Positions 11,884 to 22,261 of a stretch of 64,000 nt of DNA are shown here, piece by piece; the first letter of the stretch is position 1; the number at the start of each line of letters is the position of its first letter. Position numbers and translations under genes: made by a program. This DNA comes from Chara braunii (taxonomy: Eukaryota; Plantae; Charophyceae). Below the pieces are notes generated by a model that saw nothing but the letters and a program-made list of their open reading frames with translations, ran no database searches and had not been told where the DNA came from. Where the stretch lies: contig BFEA01000001.1 in assembly GCA_003427395.1 (NCBI GenBank), positions 12,823,012-12,887,011 on the forward strand, given 5' to 3'.

Positions 11884-14800
11884 ATGGCTGCCAACGCGCA
11901 GAACCCGGTTCCGCAACAAATTGCTTACCCACCAAATCAACCTGCCCCACGTGCACGAGCTCCCATGACGCCACCTGATCTCTATTTGTTTGATCCCGCA
12001 CACCATCTCGCAGGAGCATGGCTGGCCACACTTAGAGCCCAACAGTACACTGACAACGAAGCACAGATCAACATTCCGGCTCGAATGGGAGGAGACACTC
12101 ATCATTGGTTTAGTACCTATGTATGGGTGGATCTCACGACCTTCGAGCGGGACTTTATGAACCGATTTGATTATGTCCACCCGGAGCAAGCGCTGTACAT
12201 GATCAAGGACCGAGTGCAAAAACCGCTTGAATCCGTCGCGGAATATCGAAATCGGTTCTACAGAATGTTCGTAAAAACTGAGCGAGGTGAGCAAGTAGGG
12301 AGAGATATGTTCATTGACGGACTCCGCAGCCGGACAGTAAGGGCTCAGTTGTGAAAGCAGTTTTCCCCCATCAACCATACGCTACAACAAATTATAGCCG
12401 CTGCGGAAGAAATGGAACGGAAGTTCGTGGCGAACTTCCTGGAAGGAGAAGATTACCCTAGAGACGGAGATTCGACCGAGCTCGCTCGAGCAAGAGCAGA
12501 GCTGGCCGCTTTACAGAACAAATTTGAAAACATGGGGTTTGTATCAGGACCTGTCACCTATATGGAACAGATAGGCCCCAAACGAGTAATCCTAAGAGAG
12601 ACTCCGAGCATCTCTGCTCATATGATGCCCCCCCCCGTCAGGTCATTACCCTCGCCGCCGGTTGAGGCTCCTGTAGGATCAAACGAATCAGCGGCCATTT
12701 TCGAACTAACCAAAACTTTGATCAGTTTGATCCAAGAAAGTAAAAAGGAGCAGCGAGAGCACAATGCTCGGCTGGAAGCCATGACGAGGAACATGCGACC
12801 CATTGCGGTGCGTGCCCCTCCGATGCAGCAAGGATTAGCCCCAGCCCCTGCTCTCGGGGGAGCTGCGAACAATCTCAATATCTGCTACGCCTGTCATCAG
12901 CCCGGACATCTAGCCCACGATTGCCCCCACCGACCCCCACAACAGCGGATCGGGGTCGCACCTATGGCTGCGGCCCCCATCGCCAACGGACCTGGACGAG
13001 TCGGAGCTTTGATGGAAGAAATAGAGGGTGGGGGAAGTGCCCTGGCTACCTCGGAAGAGGCCGCCGAACTAATCCCGCTAGATCAGTATGCATCACTGGG
13101 ATATCATGGGCTTGGAATGATCGGAACAATCAGACCAGCACCATAACCAAAAGAGGTGGCAGAGTGGCGACCGTCCCTAGGAGAAATGGAGTCGGGAGGA
13201 CCCACCTTCGTCATAGGGGAGATCGATGTATTAAACATCATCCGAGCTTTGGACCATTGGATTCCCCTTCCGATTGGTCATCTGCTCTCGATCTCCGAGC
13301 AAGCCAACGAGCGAATGTTGCAGCATTGCAAAGCGAACCGAAAGCGATTCACCCTTGGCCGAACCCCGAACGTGAAAGCCAAAAGCCCCGCGCCCGAAGA
13401 AAACCCCGCAAGTACTTCGGATCCGATATGGGTAGGTTTAATCCGGAAAGATGATCATTTCCTGCGGATTAAACCAATTCTGTGAAAATCCGCCAAGTAT
13501 GATATAGAAATTTGGGGAATTCCTTACAATGCTATTATAGATTCAGGAGCAACTGTGTTGGCTATCTCACTGAGAGTGGTCGAAAGGGCAGGTAGGAAAA
13601 ACGACTTGATCACGCTTTTTTAAAAAGATCAGCTCGTTTCGGCTGACGAAGAAAGAATTAAAACTCTAGGAAGAATGACCAATGTCGCTTTTCGATTGGG
13701 TAAAGTGCATGCGCTTGGGGATGTCGTAGTACTAGATGTCAATACGTACGACGTTCTTTTCGGACTTCCCGCTCTTGTGGCGTTACGAGCAAACCTGGAC
13801 TTCGAACGACGATCAATCGTCCTCCGAAATACAGGAGGAAAACCCTACGCTGTGCCTATGCGATTGACCCTTCGCACTACTATTAACGTGGTTCCACGGG
13901 TTTCGCCGATGATGGCAGGGACTCTCCGCATGATCTCCTGGGAGAAATCCGCAGAAGGAGAGTCATCAACAGATGATGCGGAAAGCAGTGACGAGGATGA
14001 TCCAGAGATCTTGAAATTAGCACGACAACGTGTTTGTTACCCGCCACCCAAAACGATAGCGAGAACGATGCAACTAACCAGCCGAAAAATCCAAAGGACC
14101 AAGGCGATGATCTTGGGTGAGCCCCTCGTGCAGATTTCGAGGATGGTCGATTCTTTGGAACCCCCTCAAACTCTGTATGAAGGAATCGCCCTTCTCCTCG
14201 CCCGGTACAGCGACAAGAAGCATTACTGTGACATTACGGATCTACCCAAGTCCTTACTAACCTCGGCTAAAGAAGTGAGATTGTTACGCTTGGGGGCGGA
14301 AGCAAGCTCTCTGGACCCCCCTGGGCGTTTTGAAGCGGAAACCGACGGACAAGGGATAAAGATCGCAACTAAGGAAGTGCCGTGGCAGGATGTTTGTGAT
14401 GGGATTACCCCGGAAGGACACGTGGCAATCCGAGAAGAAGATGCTCAGATGATGGCCACAGTGTTCTCCTGGCGATCGGATCATTTATTCATCTTGGCGC
14501 CTCCACCCAACTTGACAAAACAGGCGAACACGAAACAGATTGACGTTCGGAGTTGGGACCAAAAGCCAGCGGTTGGATTGAACCCGCTTCTGGACCCTGG
14601 TCCTTTCCCGTAGTGTTAGTACCGAAGAAGAACGGAGTGATTCGCATTTGCATTGATTATCGCAAGCTGAATGAAATCACGAGATCTGTATCCCCTCCCC
14701 CGGATTGATGATCTGGTGGATGCGATTGGATGCGCTAAATATTTCAGCAAGTTTGATATTCGGCATAGCTTCCATCATATTCTGGTAAGGGAAGAAGACC

Positions 14801-15897
14801 GACCGAAAACGTCCTTTGTGTTGTTTGAGGGCACGTGGCAGTGGGTTCGGTGTCCGATGGGGATTTGCAATGCGCCTGCCACGTTTCAGCGAGCGATGAA
14901 CATGATGTTTCAGAACTTCGTTAGCAAGACACGGCTGACGCAAGGAATGATTAACTTTTGCGTGATCGTGTACATGGACGACATCCTGGTCTATTCGGAA
15001 ACCTATCACGGGCACGCGCAACACATCGAATGGACATTGGGTGCATTGAGAGACGCAAGGTTCAAGATTGCGCTTGAGAAGAGCGAATTTTTCCTCTCGG
15101 AAATTTCGTTCTTGGGCTATGTCGTGACACGTAGAGGATTGCGGCCAGATTCGAGAAAAGTTGCGGCGGTGAAGGAAGCTCCGGTTCCTACGTCACTTAC
15201 GCAGGTTCGAGCCTTCTTGGGACTGGCGTCATACTATCGGCGCTTCATCAAGGGCTCTGCCGCGATTGCATGACCACTAACGAATCTGCTACGGAAGGAC
15301 CAGCCTCTTAGCTGGGACGGGGAGTGCCAGCAGGCCTTTGCAACCCTCAAGGACGCTCTGGCAACGGCCCCTATTTTGATTCCACCGGACCCCTCGAAGC
15401 AGTTTATTCTCATCACGGACTGGCAACCGGAAGCTATTTCCACTATTCTAGCGCAAAAGGGGAACGATGGTCGCGAACACGTCATCGAGTATGCATCACG
15501 AACCGTACCGGACGAACGAAGAAACGACTCCGCACCTCAGGGTGAGTGATATACGGTAGTTTGGGGAATCCAACACTTCCATCCGTATCTCTACGGACAT
15601 AAGTTTCGCCTCGTAACGGATCACGAGCCTCTGCTGGCGTTGAAGAAACTCACCAACTACACGGGCATGATTGGCCGCTGGGCGGTGCGACTACAAGAAT
15701 ACGACTTCGATATCGTCCATCGAAAGACAGAGCGACAAGGCAACGCGGACGGGCTGACACGTCTGCATTGACCTGCCAAGGTACCAAAGGGCGAGGAAAT
15801 TACACCGTGGAAAGAGTCGGACCTGACTAACGAGCCGAAGTACTGACAAGTGGCAGTTCTCCCACGTGGCAAGAAGCAAAACGGTGGCGATGGGTGA
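11884..15897 (+). pseudogene. Element A gag-protease-RT-RNase H polyprotein (disrupted; no integrase in this frame)
   Basis: CCHC knuckle CYACHQPGHLAHDC; protease IIDSGA; RT LPRIDDL, CPMGICNAPATFQ and YMDD; RNase H LITDWQ, LVTDHEPL and NADGLT. ORFs at 11884, 12412, 13156 and 13675 share one frame broken by point stops. Deletion near 14560 relative to copy B. Confidence 0.92.
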
Positions 15898-17620
15898 TGG
15901 AGGTAACCCCACTACCCCTCTTTCTCCCCCTTCCTCCTCGTCTCTCCCCTCCCTGGCTAACAAATTTTGCTATTTTTGCGAAGCCATCTCCCTCGTCTAT
16001 TCGGTCTCCATACGTCCTAACGAGGTGGGATATGCGGATTGGATAGATTGCTAACAGTGTGTTGCCCGGCCCCACAGCTCGTGCATCCACTACAGGAACG
16101 ATAGTAAACCATGGTTGTGCCCCTTGTGCTGGACCGACAAAATTCTGACCGAGGCTCGCTTTTTGGATGCCACGTCAGAAGCATTGGAAAAGACCAGAAA
16201 GTTTAGAAGGGCCGAAGTGTGGACGAATATTGCCTTAATTGCCATCCTAGTAGGTAACCCCCTCCAGGATTTCACCAAGGAAGATCAGAGGAGGGCCAAC
16301 GAAAGGGCTCGGGACTATCGATGGGTAGAAGGTAGATTAGAAAAATGGAAAACGGACGGCAGTGGGATTTGGATGGTAGTGCCGCATCCGTTCATGCGGT
16401 ATGACTGCGTTAAGACAACCCACGAGGAAACTGCGGCTCATTTTGCTGTACGAATCACGGAGTCCGCTATCGACAAAAATGAGTGGTACTGGTCCAATAT
16501 CCGTGACGATGTGAAGTACATCGTCGCCACCTGTCAAGTCCGTGCCGCTGATAAAGCGTCGATTCAGCCGCCAAGGTCGATAGTGCCCACGGTTGTTGAA
16601 CAGCCATTTCAAAGAGTAAGCATGGACACTACCGACATAGCGGTGCCCCCCGGCCCTAATAGTTGCGAATATTCAGTCCTATTGGTATTTGTCGACCATT
16701 TCTCGAAATGGATCGAAGCATATCCTTGTGGCACGCAGCAAGCCACGAAAATAGCACGATATGTCAACCGTTTCCTCGGAATGCATCAGGATACGGAAGA
16801 AATCCTGACCGACAACGGGGCTGAATTTAGGGGAGAAGTGTTAAGGAATCTGGTCCTACATGGCGTCGCCATACGGAACAAACACTGCACCCCACATGTC
16901 ACAATCCAATGGGCTGGTCGAAAACGCTAACCGGATGATAAAGACAGCATTGCGACGAAACATTGAGGCACGGGATCCGAGACCTTGGCCCGATATCGTC
17001 GATCACATCCTGGCGGTCCATCGTGGAATGCCCACAAATCGACAGGGCTGAACCCCTTCCAATTAAGGACCAATAGTGTCGCTTGTGTTTCGATACCAAA
17101 CCTCCCGGATGAGTCTACATTGAACCGACGACCCACCAGGGTCACAACTCGGGACAAGGCCAAACGACACCTAGAGTTAATGGAACGGTCGCTGCCCAGG
17201 CTAGCCCGAAAGCGACAGAAAATGACCAAACTAGCCCAGGGCCGACAGGTCCGGAGCTACGAGGCTCGAAATGGGAATGTGGGTCCACAGCCCCAGTACA
17301 AATTGGGGGACGTAGTGCAGGTGAGGAAATGTGCTTGCCAGGGTAGGCTAGCGCCACGATTCTTCGGGCGATACCGCGTGATTGAGCTCGACCCCAACAG
17401 CGTGGACACTGTGCGTCTCGCCCCTGAAGTCTCTGGCAGCCGATCGGCGCGCCCGATCACCCGCCACATGTCCTATCTTCGCCTCCTCCCCTCTGCTCCG
17501 TCCCCTTCTCCCTCGATCTCTCATTCCGAGGAAGCCGAAGACAACGGCTCTAACTCTCCTCCATCTCCCTTTTCATCTTGCTCCCTCCCTGTTTCCCCGT
17601 CACCTTCGCCATCGCCATGA
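15890..17620 (+). pseudogene. Element A separate integrase ORF with N-terminal PHD finger
   Basis: CYFC...WIDC(Q)QC....H..C...WLCPLC (C4HC3); HHCC HEETAAH...CQV(C); DDE SMDTTD / LTDNGAEF / SNGLVE; GPY/F-like PRFFGRYRVIE. One stop (16052) and one frameshift (~16878). Confidence 0.9.
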
Positions 17621-18093
17621 ACTTTCTGGAGGAGAAAGCCCTCAGCAAAGCATCGCTTGCGCCTCGTGATCAGTTGACGATCCGGCAAGTCCATCATCCC
17701 CGCCTCAGTCCAGATCTTCGGCGGTTTGCGCACTTCTTCTGCACGGAAGGCGTGTATGCAGCAGCGGTGTTCAGAATTGAAGGCCATCCTGACGCGGTGG
17801 TACTGGCCGAGGCAGTAGCAGTTCATCAACGGGCGTTGCCAGGTGTCAGTCGCATATCGGTCGTCATCAACTTCAGTGGCGATCTCTCCACACTTCTTCC
17901 TTTGCGACATTCGACGGTGAAGGCGTCGCTGCGCATGTGGGCGAACGATCTGGTCGCCGAGTGGACTCAGCTGCTGGCTCGCCCCGAGGATACAATCGCG
18001 ACATCACGAGCAATCGAATACGACGACCTTCAGATGTACCAGCACGATCCGCCGGCAGAGCTCCCTGTCCTCGTACCCTTCCCCCATCCCTAA
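17617..18093 (+). CDS. Element A accessory ORF3 (158 aa, unknown function)
   Basis: ATGA overlap with the integrase stop; MNFLEEKAL...VPFPHP; homologue in copy B (27212-26755). Confidence 0.7.
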   Translation: MNFLEEKALSKASLAPRDQLTIRQVHHPRLSPDLRRFAHFFCTEGVYAAAVFRIEGHPDAVVLAEAVAVHQRALPGVSRISVVINFSGDLSTLLPLRHSTVKASLRMWANDLVAEWTQLLARPEDTIATSRAIEYDDLQMYQHDPPAELPVLVPFPHP

Positions 18094-19205
18094 TGAGTCT
18101 CTCTGCGATCTCCGTTTTCGATCTCCCCTCCACCTTCCCCACCTTCTGACAATCCGATATCCATCCTCGCCTTTCCTACTGTCTAAAGCCCCTTGCTGTC
18201 CCCGATATCCATCCTCCCCATTGGGTCCTGTGGCGCGAAGACTTCATCAAGCGTTCATTGTGCTTGGTTGAGGTACGACTGACGTGGATCGAGGACGAAG
18301 CGCACCCGCCTTGCATAGTAGAGCGCCTAAAGTTGCTGTTCATCCAGGCCTGGCGAACCAACGTGGAGGGAGAGCTCCTCGCATTTCTATTCGGTACAGT
18401 GCGGCCCGGTCATCAGAAACTCATCACGCAAGAGCTCACGATCCCGGTAGCGCAGCTGGCGGACGATCTCCCCCTCGACATCATCTCGCAAGACGATGAG
18501 CATCCAATTCCCCATGTACTTTATTGCGCATTGACGCCCTATCTTCAGTGGTCGGCTTGTGTAGAGGGAGCCGCAGAGCGCATCCCGCCGTCGCAGCAAC
18601 AATATCTCGATCCCCGGACGGCTCGCGATCCTGCCTTCTTCAGGCATCCTACGGCGGAGCAGCTTGCGGCCATTCGAGAAGAAGAGGAGGAGGAAGAGAG
18701 TACCGGGAGTGACGAAGACGACGACGGACTGGAAGAAGGCGGGAACAGCGACGAAGAGCTCGGGGAAGAAGACAAAACCCCCGAAGAAGGAAGCTATAGC
18801 GAGCATAGCGAGGGCAAATAGAGCAAAGAAGGAGAAGAAAGTGAGGAAGGAGAAGAGGAGCACGACGAAGAGCCTGCTGGATCGGAGTGGGAAGCCGTGC
18901 CAGAAGAAGTGCTTCGTACGGGTACGGAGGCTGAGGATCCCGAGGCGGCCCTCAAAAGAGAAGAGATCGCGGCCGGGAAGGAGTTTGAATTCGCAAGCGT
19001 GACGAGTTTGCGCACCCACGACGACCCAAGCCGCCATCCGGAGCCGCCCCGGCCTGAAGATGGCGACCTCACAGCCACGACTCCGACCCCATCAGCGAGG
19101 CGACGGAGCCGATCCCCCTCCTCCTCAACCAGTCCCCCAGTTCACCGACGTACCGATACGGGCGATCGGCCTTCGTCCCCGATCACTCTCTCGTCGTCCC
19201 CTTGA
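18093..19205 (+). pseudogene. Element A accessory ORF4 (~370 aa: globular N-half, long acidic tract, RS/P-rich tail)
   Basis: TAATG overlap; segments at 18093, 18258 and 18897 are in one frame with two point stops; homologue in B (26758-25651). Confidence 0.7.
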
Positions 19206-19391
19206 CTACCTCACCCTCCGCCAGCTCACCACTCCCATTACGTTCCCCTCCAATCCGTTTCCCCATGACACCTTCCGCCACTTCTACCCTGCTCGCCTAC
19301 ATTGGTGCATCCCCACCCCTCCATTCGATGCGCCGTCCCAGCCTTCTGCCTCCATGTCTTGCTCCTTAGTGCCGCGTGGCGAGGTCACAAC

Positions 19392-19679
19392 ATGATCGAG
19401 GTTTATTGCGTGATAACGGGGACCATCCCCGCATGCGAAGATCGCGATCGTTTCCATGCGGCACTTTTCCGGACTCTCACCACCCTCTATCCTGATTATC
19501 TCGCATCCCTCCCTCGCACCGGCAATCACTTCCCCCGCTTTCATCGCATCGTTCGTTACCAAGAGCTTCCGGAGACTGTAGCCGGAATGGAAAACCTTCT
19601 GCCCCCCGTACCCATAAACCCTCCACCCCGCCATGCTGCCATGCACCGACTCCCTTTTCCCCTCCTGATTAATTACTGA
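19392..19679 (+). CDS. Element A accessory ORF (95 aa, MIEVYCVITG...)
   Basis: ATGA start overlap and TGATG end overlap; conserved in B from 25460. Confidence 0.55.
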   Translation: MIEVYCVITGTIPACEDRDRFHAALFRTLTTLYPDYLASLPRTGNHFPRFHRIVRYQELPETVAGMENLLPPVPINPPPRHAAMHRLPFPLLINY

Positions 19680-19984
19680 TGCAACCGGTAATGGACGCGT
19701 GTCACGGCGACGGCACGAGAAAGATCCCGTCCTTGGGTCGTCGAGAGCCCAATCTGAGGAATTTGTAGAAGAGCGGTGATGCCACGTTGGATGATGTTCA
19801 CACGCAATCAAACAGTAAGTGGCATAGAAAAAAGTGCTCCTCGTATCGATCAAGTAGAAAAATCGACACGTGTCAACAAGCAAGCAGGAGCTTGCTAATA
19901 TTGGAACCCCCTGGGCGTCACATATGTGACGAACCACTTTCTGTAACGCGCAATTTTCTGCGCGGTTGCAATGAGGGGTCCTAA
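19679..19984 (+). pseudogene. Element A accessory ORF (MQPVMDAC...) reading across the internal junction into the 3' LTR
   Basis: TGATG overlap; open for 134 aa in copy B (25173-24769). Confidence 0.4.
19912..19931 (+). other. Internal end-to-end (att-like) junction tgggcgtcaca-ta-tgtgacg containing a perfect 16-bp palindrome
   Basis: CGTCACATATGTGACG at 19916-19931; identical in B at 24921-24936. Confidence 0.92.
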
Positions 19985-22261
19985 GCTGTGAAGATTGGGC
20001 CAATTACGGGAGATCGGGATCGGAGGAAAATTGCATAAGTATCCTCGCTTTTTCGTCCTTTTTCATCGTTTCTTTTTCGAATGGCCAAGCACGGGGTCGG
20101 GTGTGTCTTGGGACAACCGGTGGAGTGATTGGTCAGATGGATGTCTGGCGCGCCACCACGCGCGCGATTAATAAAGGTTGACGTCGTTTCTTTCGGTTTG
20201 ATTTCAATCTTTTGGGCGTGGACATCGCGCGGGAAATTGCTTCGTTCTTTTTGAAATTCCTTTTTAATCTTTCTCGAATTTTGTCGAGCCCCCGATGGGT
20301 CTCGGAATTTCGGACTTTCCTTCTGGAATTTGTGCTTTTTGTTTTTTCGCATCAGATAGGAATTTAGGAAGTCAGTAATTAGGATTTTTCCTGCCGCGCG
20401 GCGCCTTTTGTCTACGCGATTCTTCACGCGGCTGCAACGGTACTCCGTGTGTGTAACTATAATTTTGGGTGGGCGCCATTGTAGCTGTATCTTTCTTCTT
20501 GCACTTCGTCTCTCTCGCCCTTCCTCTCTTTCTTTTGCTGAAATTTTGTAAGCCGCGGTTTGCATGCTCGGATCGATGCGTGGAGAAGTGTTACGTCCCC
20601 CACGCCGCGGCCGATCATGTAGAACGCAGGCGTTCCCTCTCTAATCCTCACTCTAAGTCCTAGTAATTCCGTGTTCTTCGTGCATGCATGCACACTATAA
20701 ATTTCGGCTGCGCGATTAGTCAGCTCTCTTAACCCGTTGTTGGAAGCTCGGGGTTGCGCGATCAGGAAGCGTCGGCACACGAGAGAAGTAAGAGGTGAGT
20801 AGAGCAGGAGTTGGGCGACACGACAGGCTGGTGCCGAGCGCACGGGATTGACGTGGGCCACGACGGACTGTGGGCACGGGCGAATCTGACGGGTGCGGGA
20901 GGACTAAGCGGGGTGACAACTTTGTGGGTTGGTGCGTGACGACGAATTGTCCGCATCGGAGAGAAAGAGAGAGAGGAGAGAGTTGAGGTCGATGGACGCA
21001 AATTTGCTGTTTTATTGTCTCTTCCCCCTCTTCATCTGTGTACATACATTTTGATTGCGGCTCCGGGCGGTTTGCCCGTTCTTATTTTCATTTCGGCTTT
21101 CTGAAATCTAGCCTTGGCTTTTTGCTCACATTTGTCCTTGCGATGTCCGTCCTGCTTGCATTATGTGTATGATTGCCGAATGTATGGATGTATGGATGTT
21201 ATGACTGCTTGTCTATCTTTTTGCTGAGAATCCCTGTCCTTGCGTTATGTCTGTGTCGAATCTTCGCCGCACCTGATGTCGCTGTAGATGGGATAAGAAT
21301 CCCGCCCCGATAGTGATTTTGTTCTCGTTTTCGCTTATCCCGCGATGGGGGTTGCGATATGATTGCATCTTGCATAATCGACGATCCGAAGTCTGGTCCC
21401 GCGAACGCCGCGCAAGAACATGTGTAAACGCGATCCGAGTCGCGCCCTTACACGCATTCCCGTGCGTCCATTCGCTCACCCAAAAAGGAATCGCGGCGGA
21501 ACCATCATCCCGTACGAGCACGCTGAGGCGCCACTGAGTCTGCCTGTCCTACACGTGCTCGTGCGTGGTGACGATATCCCAACCTGCGCTATCCCATGGA
21601 CGATGATACCATGACCCGATCTTGGGGCTCAGACTCGTCCTATGACCCGGACTATTTCACCCCTATAATAAACGAGCTCATAAGGACACGATACCCCTGT
21701 CACACGGAGAATTGGCTATGTCCGCGGAAATTCCACTGCGCCACCTCTAGCGACCCTCTGTGCTCCGATTTCCCTTCTCCCGACCACAACTACTACTTCA
21801 CCCACCCGGGATTCGTTGAGATCACCACCAGTTTCCCTCCTTTCCGCCTCCTTCTCCCGTATCATCAACTCAGTGTCGTTCCGTGGCCGGCCATAGCCCC
21901 CTATTGGCCCAATACGTTTTGCGTGAACTGTCGACGCAGCGGCGCACAGAGAACCACGGAATTCCAAAGGCCCAACCCAGGTACGAGGCGCCTTGCGCCA
22001 CGTGGCGGCCCCCGACGGCCTAACTTTTCAGGACCATCTCCAGCATGGAGGAATTTTTCCGTAACCCGTCGCCCACAGTGTCCCAGCCCCTTCGGACTGT
22101 GAGACCCTTGTGCGCGCCCCCCCTCGTTCGCCTAATTGCATTCATACCCTTAAGACTCCCCCACTTCCCCCAAAAATCCTTGGCACACCCCTTTTCGCAC
22201 TTCCAGGCCCACACTCCACTCCGATCAGGAAGTCACGCTGGGCGTGAGGTTGGGCGTCACA
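19925..22261 (+). repeat. Element A 3' LTR including the terminal tgggcgtcaca
   Basis: direct repeat of 9418-11729 plus 11 extra terminal bases. Confidence 0.92.
21611..22102 (+). CDS. LTR-encoded ORF (~163 aa, MTRSWGSDSSYDP...), unknown function
   Basis: open in the A 3' LTR; protein-level similarity to 45910-45362 in diverged copy C; ATGA overlap with the preceding LTR ORF ending at 21614. Confidence 0.65.
   Translation: MTRSWGSDSSYDPDYFTPIINELIRTRYPCHTENWLCPRKFHCATSSDPLCSDFPSPDHNYYFTHPGFVEITTSFPPFRLLLPYHQLSVVPWPAIAPYWPNTFCVNCRRSGAQRTTEFQRPNPGTRRLAPRGGPRRPNFSGPSPAWRNFSVTRRPQCPSPFGL

Larger units (their letters stand above)
9418..22261 (+). mobile_element. Element A: 12.8 kb Ty3/Gypsy-type LTR retroelement with accessory ORFs (degenerate)
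   Basis: TGTGACG...CGTCACA termini, 4-bp TSD tcgc, ~2.3 kb LTRs, PBS, gag-PR-RT-RH then INT order. Confidence 0.95.

Noticed and set aside
13144-13146. Programmed gag-pol stop-codon readthrough
   Set aside because: A single TAA in a copy with many C-to-T stops, and the region is deleted in B, so it cannot be distinguished from decay.
19202-19395. Additional small ORF bridging ORF4 and the 95-aa ORF
   Set aside because: One candidate frame starts only at a TTG overlap and the other lacks a nearby ATG; the frame is ambiguous.
9418-22261. DIRS/tyrosine-recombinase element as an explanation for the internal junction
   Set aside because: The element encodes a DDE integrase, has a tRNA PBS and makes a TSD; no tyrosine recombinase motif was recognised.
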